This document shows, piece after piece, positions 31,236-39,742 of a DNA stretch of 57,987 nt. Under the pieces are notes generated by a model. That model saw nothing but the letters and a program-made list of their open reading frames with translations, was not told the DNA's origin and searched no databases. Made by a program: the position numbers and the translations under genes. Positions within the stretch are counted from its first letter, which is position 1; each line of letters starts with the position of its first letter. Origin of the DNA: Candidatus Thorarchaeota archaeon (GTDB lineage: Archaea > Asgardarchaeota > Thorarchaeia > Thorarchaeales > Thorarchaeaceae); the NCBI GenBank assembly GCA_046758445.1, contig JBHIAE010000017.1:1-57987 (forward strand), in the 5' to 3' direction.

Positions 31236-32405
31236 TTGGACCCTGTATACATCGTTGGAGTTGGAATGACCCGTTTCGGCATTCTTGATGACTCGATTCT
31301 TGAACTTGCAGAAGGGGCAGCACACGAGGCGTTAATGGATGCCGGTGCTGTTGAAGAAACTTTTGACAGACTTGTGGTCGGGTCACAGAATCCTGACGAA
31401 TTCACGGGTTTTGGACACCTCTCAACGCTCCTTGCTGACAGAATTGGCTTAGTGCCTGCAGCTTCGACACGAGTTGAAACCGGGCCTTCATCGGGTTCCA
31501 GCGCGTTTGAGCTTGCGTTCTCCCACATAGCTGCAGGTATGTCCAATCTTGCCTTGGTGATTGGAGTCGAGAAGATGTCGGGCGTTGAGAGAAGTGCGGC
31601 TTCACAGATCCTTGCAAAGATGATATCTTACGAGAATGAAACTCGATATGGAGCGACACCCATTGCTCTCGCCGCGATGGTCGCACGAAGGTATATGCAT
31701 GACTATGGCCTGACTAGGGATGAGCTTTCACTTGTGCCGGTAAAAGCACACAAGAACGGAGCCAAAAATGCTTTGGCGCACTTCCAGAAGGAGATTACAG
31801 TTGAGAAGGTTAATGGAGCACGAGTTGTCGCACACCCATTGACGCTCTATGATAGCTGTCCAACAAGCGATGGTGCAGCTGCCCTGGTACTTGCTTCAGA
31901 GAGCGTTGTGAATGACCTTCGGGTCAAAGACAGATCTGTCAGAGTAGCTGGAGTAGGTCATGCGACGGACTATCATGCGGTGCAACATAGACAGTCGCTT
32001 ACATCGATGAAAGCTACCACAGTTGCTGCTGAGCGGGCTTTCTCAATGGCGAAGCTCAATGTAAGTGAGATTGATGTCTTCGAGCTTCATGATGCGTTCT
32101 CAATCCTTGAAATCATTAACATGGAGGATATCGGTCTTGCTCCAACCGGTGCCGCTATGAAAGCAATTCTGGATGGCGAAACAGAGGTTGACGGTACAAT
32201 ACCAGTGAACCCGACAGGGGGCCTCAAAGCCAGGGGTCACCCGACCGGCGCGACAGGAGTTGCCCAGATTCGAGACGCAGTACATCAGTTACGCGAAGAG
32301 GCCCCGAGGAGCATTCAGACGGATTCTCCTCAGGCCGCATTGACTCACAACATTGGCGGATTTGGAAACAATATGGTAGTGTCAGTCTTAGTCAACGAGA
32401 GATGA
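31236..32405 (+). CDS. Thiolase-superfamily (SCP2/archaeal type) protein lacking the nucleophilic Cys
   Basis: IVGVGMTRFG, RVETGPSSG in place of VE.ACASG, CPTSDGAAA, ELHDAF, GGLKARGHPTGATG, THNIGG. Confidence 0.88.
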   Translation: MDPVYIVGVGMTRFGILDDSILELAEGAAHEALMDAGAVEETFDRLVVGSQNPDEFTGFGHLSTLLADRIGLVPAASTRVETGPSSGSSAFELAFSHIAAGMSNLALVIGVEKMSGVERSAASQILAKMISYENETRYGATPIALAAMVARRYMHDYGLTRDELSLVPVKAHKNGAKNALAHFQKEITVEKVNGARVVAHPLTLYDSCPTSDGAAALVLASESVVNDLRVKDRSVRVAGVGHATDYHAVQHRQSLTSMKATTVAAERAFSMAKLNVSEIDVFELHDAFSILEIINMEDIGLAPTGAAMKAILDGETEVDGTIPVNPTGGLKARGHPTGATGVAQIRDAVHQLREEAPRSIQTDSPQAALTHNIGGFGNNMVVSVLVNER

Positions 32406-32677
32406 AATATCAACTCGCTATAACCGCCTGAACCTTCTCTCTACTGTCCGTCTAAGATTCTCTTATTAATTCGCGACAGGTCTACGGTTATTATCTCACC
32501 CGTTAGACATGCAGGGCGACTGTCTGTAAGTCAAGACCACCTCTGGGACCGGAGGAGTCGAACGGAGTCGCCTTGTGACCTTGGGGACGAGCAATGAAGC
32601 TGAGAATGACGCAGCATAAAGAGCGCTGCACACTTCGCCCATGGAAGTCTTGAGTAGATACACGAAGAGGGTTGCTG

Positions 32678-33847
32678 ATGCCTGAAGGATTGGCCGTATT
32701 GAAGTGGGATGACGAGCTTGGGCCCGTCGTCACTACAAAGACCCCAAAGAAGCTGAGGATGGGGATTGACCCAACTACCGCTATGCGTGTATACGGCATT
32801 GCCACCATGGGCGAAACCGAGGAATCAGAGAGGCCCGGATTCAGTTCACTAGTTTCGGATGAATTCAACCTGGCAGTCTACTACGGCGGGTTGAAGATGC
32901 ATCTCAGAGGACTTCCATCTATGGTGTTTCTTGTACTTGGGACTGATGAGGAGCCGGATATCTACAAGGATGCTCTTCCAGAGATTGCAACTCAAGTATT
33001 CCTCAAAGCTGATGATGACGAGTATATCGGTATGTTGCCTCGTCTTTACAGACAGATTGCGCGATATACTGAGATGACACCTGAGCAGCGGCAGGCGTCA
33101 ACGCTTGTAGATCCTGTCAAAAGAGGCATCCTGAGAATCCTGATGAAGAATGGCACCGTCGAAACCTCAGACCTTGAGCAGACGGTCTTCGATGAGCTTG
33201 GCAAGGAAATCGATGTTGATATTATCCTCAGGCCCATGGTCAAGTCAGGAATAATCGCGACAGGATGGGTTGAAGGGCTAGCTTCGGAGGTTATCTATCT
33301 CACAAGAGCAATATTCCTTCTTCGTAATGTTTCCACCGAAACCATTCAGGCGGTTAGGTCTGGCGAAATCCCTGGAGAGATTGCCGGTCCTTATTTGGAT
33401 GCTGTAACGGACTACCATACCAACTACATCGGGAAGCTGAGGGAAGATCTGTTTGAAGCAATATGGTCAGAAGCCTCCGAGCTCGCAAAGCATGTACTCG
33501 ATATTGACGCCTACGAAATAGTCCAATTGCTCCGCACTAGTCCTCGAATTGCGGACGAACTGCTTGAAGCGCTCGACATGCCTAAGGCAAAAGTTAGGAA
33601 GAAACTGAAAGAGCTCGAGGAAGCCGACATTGTCTTTCGAGCCAAAGACGACGAGAAACAAGAGCACGTATTGCTGAAATGCAATCCCAGAGTTGCGACC
33701 GTGTATCCCGAGTGGCTGATACAACGCACAGCCGACTCCTATAATGATGAGGAGATACCAAGTCGTCAAGCAATACACTACTTGGAAGTGCTCAAACTGT
33801 CTCATCCTAGTCAGTCCATTGCCCTGGGATCTGGAGAGATGGACTAG
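32678..33847 (+). CDS. Putative uDENN/longin-domain protein with C-terminal winged-helix domains
   Basis: LAVLKWDDELGPVV resembles the beta1-beta2 hairpin of NPRL2/FLCN-type longins; two wHTH-like segments (ILRILMKNG..SDLEQ..; IVQLLR..ADELLEALDMPKAKVRKKLKELEEADIV). Confidence 0.6.
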   Translation: MPEGLAVLKWDDELGPVVTTKTPKKLRMGIDPTTAMRVYGIATMGETEESERPGFSSLVSDEFNLAVYYGGLKMHLRGLPSMVFLVLGTDEEPDIYKDALPEIATQVFLKADDDEYIGMLPRLYRQIARYTEMTPEQRQASTLVDPVKRGILRILMKNGTVETSDLEQTVFDELGKEIDVDIILRPMVKSGIIATGWVEGLASEVIYLTRAIFLLRNVSTETIQAVRSGEIPGEIAGPYLDAVTDYHTNYIGKLREDLFEAIWSEASELAKHVLDIDAYEIVQLLRTSPRIADELLEALDMPKAKVRKKLKELEEADIVFRAKDDEKQEHVLLKCNPRVATVYPEWLIQRTADSYNDEEIPSRQAIHYLEVLKLSHPSQSIALGSGEMD

Positions 33848-33898
33848 ATGCCGGGGTCTGGGGCAAAGACATTCTGGATCGGTAGGGGGTATTCATAG

Positions 33899-34780
33899 AT
33901 GATTAGGGAGATTCATGTGTTCAAGGATGAACAGGTATTGTTCAAAGACATCATTCTCCCAAACAAGGACCTTGAATCCGACCGGGTCATGATGCTGGTT
34001 TCTTCCTCGGCGAAGAAGCTCCAAGAGTGGAAGATAGACGCCATGGAGATTGAGCGGTATCGCTATGTCTACATGAATAGTCACGATACACAATTCATTC
34101 TGACCATGGACAGGCAATCCTCGCTGCACAAGGTGGAAGAGGCTCTGATGAGAATGGTCTCTCGATTCATGACAGTCTACGAAGGAGACCTGAAGACCGG
34201 GAATTGGAAGTCTTCAGACTTCTCACCTTTCGGGGCCGGGTTCAGAAGCGTTGTAAGTAGAATTCCGGTGAAGGTTTCTTTGGCAGGGCACGGTGGGGCC
34301 GGTAAGACGACTCTTCTTGAATTGGCAACTTTGCCATCACAGGACCCGCCGCAAGAATACGTTCCCACGTTCTTCGCAGACAAAGCCCTGCTTAAGGCTG
34401 ACTTCGACCCGTATTTGCTCAGTATCTTCGATCTTGGAGGTCAGGACCGATTCGTTCAGGAGTGGAGCAAGATAGTTCGAGCCGGAAGCGTGGTAGTTAT
34501 CGTTGCAGACTCGACTGAAGAGAATGCTGAATGGACAAAGAGAGTTGCATACCCCGTTCTCAAGAGGGAACTTCCCTTCGCTCGCACTATAGCAGTAGCG
34601 AATAAGCAAGATCTCGAAGGTGCTCTCTCGCCTGAGGAAGTTTCACAGAGACTTGATGTTCCGGCTTACGGCATGCAAGCAAATAACCGTGATTTTAGAG
34701 ATCGCTGGTTGGAACTGCTAAAGGGTTTGGTTTTTGAAACCATTGACTTCAAGATGGTGGGAGATTTGGCGGCTGAGTAG
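33899..34780 (+). CDS. Longin domain fused to an Arf-like small GTPase
   Basis: N-terminal MIREIHVF..VLF..RYVY..QFILTMD..EALMRMVSRF longin pattern; G1 GHGGAGKTT, G2 YVPT, G3 DLGGQ, G4 NKQD. Confidence 0.82.
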   Translation: MIREIHVFKDEQVLFKDIILPNKDLESDRVMMLVSSSAKKLQEWKIDAMEIERYRYVYMNSHDTQFILTMDRQSSLHKVEEALMRMVSRFMTVYEGDLKTGNWKSSDFSPFGAGFRSVVSRIPVKVSLAGHGGAGKTTLLELATLPSQDPPQEYVPTFFADKALLKADFDPYLLSIFDLGGQDRFVQEWSKIVRAGSVVVIVADSTEENAEWTKRVAYPVLKRELPFARTIAVANKQDLEGALSPEEVSQRLDVPAYGMQANNRDFRDRWLELLKGLVFETIDFKMVGDLAAE

Positions 34781-34815
34781 GATGATGATTAATCGTAAAA
34801 TAGGGGTGAATAGAG

Positions 34816-35190
34816 TTGGGGATCTTCGATAGATGGAGACGCAAGAAGAAGCCTGAAGAGAAGAGCAGAGTACGAGCTCGTGAGATTATGACATCAAAGG
34901 GTCCTGTTCCGATAACTTCTCCGAGACCTACTTTGGAGGCACTTGGTCCAGAGGATTCGTCTGAAGTCAACGCACTTCTCTCCGAACGGCGAGATCTCCT
35001 CCAAAGACGGAGGGAGCTTCAGCAGAAGAGGACAGACCTTACAGCAAGACTTGACAATGGGGAGTTGGAACCCTCCGAGTTTCGAAAGCAGCTAATGTCC
35101 ATGATTCAGGAGGCTTCGCAGGTTTCTGACAATCTGAGAGATAATGCGTCAAAGCTTAATGCATTGGGTCATCCAGTTGCAGCTATGTGA
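34816..35190 (+). CDS. Hypothetical coiled-coil protein with basic amphipathic N-terminus
   Basis: MGIFDRWRRKKK, Pro-rich linker, helical hairpin LLSERRDLLQRRRELQQKR..FRKQLMSMIQEASQVSDNL; GGGGTGA SD. Confidence 0.65.
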   Translation: MGIFDRWRRKKKPEEKSRVRAREIMTSKGPVPITSPRPTLEALGPEDSSEVNALLSERRDLLQRRRELQQKRTDLTARLDNGELEPSEFRKQLMSMIQEASQVSDNLRDNASKLNALGHPVAAM

Positions 35191-35281
35191 AGAAACAATG
35201 ACAGGCAGGCTACAATCGGATTGAAGCGACGAGTAAACGAATGGAGAACAGTGAAACCGACAGAAGGAGATTGGCAGGCCG

Positions 35282-35620
35282 TTGACACGTACTCTTGACG
35301 AAGCAATGAAGTTCCTTGAGAACCATACAGTGGCATGGCATCACTGGCTCCTTGTGCTCACACTTCTGGAGCTGGGGGGAAATGCCACAAAGGGCCAGAT
35401 CTTTCCGGTCTATAGGAAGGAGGGCTTCTCAAATCATGTCATCCACCAGGTCTTCAAGAATGACCTCAAGGACTTGGGTGAGGTAGTTGAGGTAGAAGGT
35501 GACCTTGACAATCTTTCAGAACGTACTATCATCCACTTGACTGAGGACCTCACATTCAGGAGGTTTGTCAAGAAGCAGATGAAGTCCGTGCTCCGGACAC
35601 TCAAGATTCTCCACCTCTAG
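35282..35620 (+). CDS. Hypothetical protein (possible winged helix)
   Basis: LLELGGNATKGQIFPVY..DLKDLGEVVEVEG wHTH-like pattern. Confidence 0.6.
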   Translation: MTRTLDEAMKFLENHTVAWHHWLLVLTLLELGGNATKGQIFPVYRKEGFSNHVIHQVFKNDLKDLGEVVEVEGDLDNLSERTIIHLTEDLTFRRFVKKQMKSVLRTLKILHL

Positions 35621-35670
35621 TCATCGTTGGACACAACTCTTTTCAGAAGTCAACAGTTCGTATTGACCCG

Positions 35671-36006
35671 TTGAGGATGATGGGAATCAAGGCCTCGAAA
35701 TGTGTCCTGTGCGGTAAGGTGATCGTTCCGCCTAGACGCATATGTCCACATTGTGGTCCAAGAGCCGGGGAGATGACACCATTGAACCTAGATGGTCATG
35801 GTTCCGTATTGAGCTACACAGTTCTGGAAGTTCCGCCAGAAGGATTCGAACCCCCTATCTTGATGGCCCTAGTTGAAATTGAACAGGGTGCCGTGGTTCT
35901 GTCGACTGGTGGGAAGGACGACATTGAGAGCATTCGGATTGGTGCGCCTGTCGAGCTTGAGAGTGGACCTGATGGACAACTCTCTTTCACAATTCTTGCA
36001 CGATAG
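35671..36006 (+). CDS. DUF35 Zn-ribbon plus OB-fold protein (thiolase/acyl-CoA partner)
   Basis: KCVLCGKVIVPPRRICPHCG, GSVLSYTV, ALVEIE.G, IRIGAPVE. Confidence 0.92.
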   Translation: MRMMGIKASKCVLCGKVIVPPRRICPHCGPRAGEMTPLNLDGHGSVLSYTVLEVPPEGFEPPILMALVEIEQGAVVLSTGGKDDIESIRIGAPVELESGPDGQLSFTILAR

Positions 36007-36062
36007 GATGTGGGTCGTTTCTAGTTAGTGATTTAAGAGAGAAACAGTCTTGAAACACGTGG

Positions 36063-37250
36063 GTGTCTATAATGGGTGATTATCTAAGCGATGTCCTCTG
36101 GACCGAGGAGGAAATCAAGTTCCGGGAAGAAGTGAGGGCGTTCTGTCAGAAGGAGATCGCCCCTATCGCTGATGAGATTGACAAGGGTCCATATCCGCGT
36201 GAGCTCATTCGTAGGATTGGTGAGCTTGGATACATGGGTGTTCATCATCAGAAGTCTGTAGGCGGTTCGCAGAGAGGGCTCTCTTTTGAGATCATTGTGG
36301 CTGAGGAGGTGAGTTCAGTCAATGCTGGTCTTGATATGGCACGGATGGCGTCGGCGACGCTCTACGGAATGCCGATCAGCAAGTTCGGCACAGATGACCA
36401 GAAGAAGAAGTATCTCACTCCCATAATCAAGGGGGAGAAGATAGGAAGTATTGGTATCACCGAACCCGATGTGGGTTCTGACACTGCTGGAATGAAGACT
36501 CGTGCTGAAAAAGACGGTGATGAGTGGGTCCTCAATGGCGAAAAACTCTTCATCACAAATGGTAGTGTTGCCGATTACATGTGCACCTTCGCAATTACCG
36601 ATCCCAAGGTCAAGGCAAAAGACGGGATGAGTGCATTCATCGTTGACACGAAGACTGATGGCTTCACAGTAGTCCAAGATCATGATCTGCTCGGAATGAA
36701 GTCGGCGAGAGTTTCGTGGTTGAAACTTGAGGACGTTAGAGTTCCTCCAGGAATGGTTCTCGGTCAACCCGGCGAGGGCTTCCAGATACTCATGGATGAG
36801 CTTGACAGCGAGAGAACAGCAATCGCGGGAGAAGCCATTGGTTATGGAAGAACACCGTATGAGATAGCTGTCAAGTATGCAAATGAGAGGCATCAGTTTG
36901 GCAGACCAATCCGAGCTTTCGAAGGTATAAGCTTCAAGATTGCAGACATGGCCATGAAGCTTGAAGCCGGTCGAGCATTGACTCTGACGGCCGCGCGGAT
37001 GTATGATCGAGGCGAAAACATCACAAAGGAGGCCTCAATAGCGAAGCTTTTCACCACTGAGGCTGCAATTGAGATTGCGAACAATGCAATTCAGATTCTC
37101 GGTGGAACAGGATACACTACCGACTATCCTGTGGAGAGATTCTTCAGAGACGCACGCCTTATGACGATTGGCGGAGGTACAGCCGAGATCCTAAGATTCC
37201 TCATACAGAGAGAGGTATTCAAGGAGTTTCAGGCTCAGAACAGACTATAG
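36063..37250 (+). CDS. Acyl-CoA dehydrogenase
   Basis: ITEPDVGSD, LNGEKLFITNG, RHQFGRPI, IQILGGTGY, RDARLMTIGGGTAEI. Confidence 0.95.
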   Translation: MSIMGDYLSDVLWTEEEIKFREEVRAFCQKEIAPIADEIDKGPYPRELIRRIGELGYMGVHHQKSVGGSQRGLSFEIIVAEEVSSVNAGLDMARMASATLYGMPISKFGTDDQKKKYLTPIIKGEKIGSIGITEPDVGSDTAGMKTRAEKDGDEWVLNGEKLFITNGSVADYMCTFAITDPKVKAKDGMSAFIVDTKTDGFTVVQDHDLLGMKSARVSWLKLEDVRVPPGMVLGQPGEGFQILMDELDSERTAIAGEAIGYGRTPYEIAVKYANERHQFGRPIRAFEGISFKIADMAMKLEAGRALTLTAARMYDRGENITKEASIAKLFTTEAAIEIANNAIQILGGTGYTTDYPVERFFRDARLMTIGGGTAEILRFLIQREVFKEFQAQNRL

Positions 37251-37352
37251 CAGTCGATTACTCATCGATTATTGAGTGATGACAAGGGCAAGCATTCAAC
37301 GCAAGAAAGGAAGGTGAGCGGTGGCATGAGGACGCCACCACTCTCAAAGTCC

Positions 37353-39134
37353 TTAGTTCTTCACGATTGCCACAATACGATATTGTCCATCAACCTCTTG
37401 GATTGTGGCTATGAAGCTGTCCGATGGGCTGAGATTCAGCAGGACGTACCAATCTGTCAGATTCATCCATGCCCGGGCGCCCTCAATGTATGGGTATGTT
37501 GAGTTATCAGTTCCCAGCACGAAGTGTGTGTCACCATCCTCGACATATGAGGTCTTGTTCGCAACCGTGGTGTTGAGCTCAAATGCATCATCAAGTCCGG
37601 GCCCAATCGAGCCACCAAAGAGAGCGACGTATCCTGCTCTTGTAGTCTGAACGAGCGCAGCTCCCGAGTAAAGCCCGCCCAGTATCTGGATGTAGAACTT
37701 GTCTATGTTGGAAGCATCCACCAATGCCAGTGCATATAGTCGCATGTCAGAAAGGAAGAACTCGTCAGCATCTTCATCAAAGAATCCCTGAGCCCAATAG
37801 ATTGGTGCATACCAAGTCCATTTTGTTTCGGTCGGACTAATCTCAACTGGATACAGGAGTGGCATGGCTCCGTAGTATTCTCCAGAAGCTGGAGGCGGAA
37901 GTTGGCCTACAACGTTAGAGGCAGCGGCATCTCCACTGACATATCCATAGGCACTCAGGTCATGATAGTAGACAGTGTCCTGTGTTGCCCTGAAGACACC
38001 GGCAAGGGCTCTATCATTGGTCATCGGGTGCACAGCGATGAAAGCCTCCACAGTGCTTGAATCAGGATTGACTATATAGCGCGTGTCCTCTGTCATCTGA
38101 AGACGGTCGTTGGATGGTGGAATGAACCAAAGGAACCCTCCAGCGAACAGGTCGAATCCATCGCCCCTGCGATACTCTCCCCACCTGCTGACCTCTCTCT
38201 CAAGCCATTCTTCGGCATAAGCCTGAGTTATCCAGCTTGGTGTTTCCTCTATGGTATTGTATGATACTACCGTGCCATTCTCATAGTAGACGATGGGGCC
38301 GATAGCCCGTTCCACAAAGTCAAATCCAAGTGGGGTCCTCGTCTGCACATATGCCATGTTATCAGATGGGTCCCATGTCGGGTACGCATACTGGTAAGCT
38401 GCAGACATATCGTTCAGGTAGTTTCCGAAGCGAATGTCTCTGTCCCACCATAGACCTTCTCCAACCGGTATTGTGGTGCCGATTATGAGTTCTGGTTCGT
38501 GGCCCTGGGGATCATTCGCATCGACGACTATGAAACCCTTGACGAGATTCTCTGCAAGTACATTCGTTGACACTATTGTGCACACCCATACTAGACGACC
38601 ACCCCATGTCGTTATGTGAGCCGCAGAAACCTCCACGTTTGAGCCGAAGGGGGAGATATGCTGGTTAGCAACATATTTGGCATACTCCTCGGTGACCAAT
38701 CTCACCATGTCATCAGGGATTGTAGAGTTGAACAGTGGACCCTCACTCACTTCGATCATGTTGTCAAAGTACTGAGCATTTGAAACGTCCGACGTCCAAC
38801 TGATGAGTCCGGAGAACATCGGCATCAACATGACTACAAGGAGGCCAAAGCAAGTCAATGGCGCCCTGAGTCCTCTCACCATTTCTTCTAGTTCTCCAGG
38901 ACGAAATCCGCTGGCGACTATCAAAAGCAACCCCAAGCTCATGATCAGGCTGAGGATGGCCCACGGTAGAGTCATTGTCATGAACAGGGCAATCACAGCC
39001 CATGCGACCGTTCCCCATACAAGCCTCAGGGGCAGCCATCTGATGAGTCGTTGAGTTCTAAGCATCTCCATCGAGAACGGAATAGGCACAGAGTGAACAA
39101 TCAATGAAACTACAAGGAATAACATCACATTCAT
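37353..39134 (-). CDS. Hypothetical membrane protein (3-4 N-terminal TMs and large extracellular beta-rich domain)
   Basis: Hydrophobic N-terminus, 593-aa ORF, N-glycosylation sequons. Confidence 0.7.
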   Translation of the reverse strand: MNVMLFLVVSLIVHSVPIPFSMEMLRTQRLIRWLPLRLVWGTVAWAVIALFMTMTLPWAILSLIMSLGLLLIVASGFRPGELEEMVRGLRAPLTCFGLLVVMLMPMFSGLISWTSDVSNAQYFDNMIEVSEGPLFNSTIPDDMVRLVTEEYAKYVANQHISPFGSNVEVSAAHITTWGGRLVWVCTIVSTNVLAENLVKGFIVVDANDPQGHEPELIIGTTIPVGEGLWWDRDIRFGNYLNDMSAAYQYAYPTWDPSDNMAYVQTRTPLGFDFVERAIGPIVYYENGTVVSYNTIEETPSWITQAYAEEWLEREVSRWGEYRRGDGFDLFAGGFLWFIPPSNDRLQMTEDTRYIVNPDSSTVEAFIAVHPMTNDRALAGVFRATQDTVYYHDLSAYGYVSGDAAASNVVGQLPPPASGEYYGAMPLLYPVEISPTETKWTWYAPIYWAQGFFDEDADEFFLSDMRLYALALVDASNIDKFYIQILGGLYSGAALVQTTRAGYVALFGGSIGPGLDDAFELNTTVANKTSYVEDGDTHFVLGTDNSTYPYIEGARAWMNLTDWYVLLNLSPSDSFIATIQEVDGQYRIVAIVKN

Positions 39135-39232
39135 GAAAAGTCCTCTTCAGGATACTCCATCTTGTGTGTCACGAGAAAATGGAGGCTTTTAGCCCTTTCT
39201 TCCTGATGGCAGCGTCTTTGCTCAATTGGAGT

Positions 39233-39739
39233 CTACGTACTGTGCTGCCGATACCACTTGACCGCCCCGCCTGCGTTCAGAATCTCACGCATGAAACCTG
39301 GTATGGGTTCGCCCTGAAGGATCTGTCCCTCATCCTTCACGGAAACAGTTCCCTCCATGAAATCGATTGTCAAGTTCATTCCATCTTTGATCTTGGTAGC
39401 AGCCTCTGGCACAATCATCAAGGGCAGTCCGACGTTGAAGCCATTACGATAGAATATCCTGGCAAAGGACTCGGCAACGACACATCCCACGCCAAGCTCA
39501 ACGAGAACTCTGGGTGCTTCCTCTCTCGAAGAACCTCCTCCGAAGTTCCTTCCCGCGACGATGATATCGTTCTTCTTCACCTTCTCTGCAAACTCCGGTC
39601 TAGGTATCTCAAGAGCATGTTTGGCCATCTTCTTGTAGTTCAGCAAAGTAAGATATCGGCCCTGTATGATTTGATCCGTGTCGATGTTGTTTCCAAACAC
39701 CCACGCCCTACCACTTACTTCATTCATTAACGGCGTCAT
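39233..39739 (-). CDS. Isopropylmalate/homoaconitate dehydratase small subunit (LeuD/HacB)
   Basis: NIDTDQII..RYL, AGRNFGGGSSREEA, AESFARIFYRN..NVGLP. Confidence 0.93.
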   Translation of the reverse strand: MTPLMNEVSGRAWVFGNNIDTDQIIQGRYLTLLNYKKMAKHALEIPRPEFAEKVKKNDIIVAGRNFGGGSSREEAPRVLVELGVGCVVAESFARIFYRNGFNVGLPLMIVPEAATKIKDGMNLTIDFMEGTVSVKDEGQILQGEPIPGFMREILNAGGAVKWYRQHST

Positions 39740-39742
39740 TGG

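Noticed and set aside
32554-32563. GTTCGACTCC (tRNA T-loop-like) on the minus strand
   Set aside because: No T-stem, acceptor stem or anticodon arm can be built around it.
34816-35190. ESCRT-III/PspA call for the coiled-coil protein
   Set aside because: Too short, with a Pro-rich linker where helix 1 should be; only the N-terminus is reminiscent.
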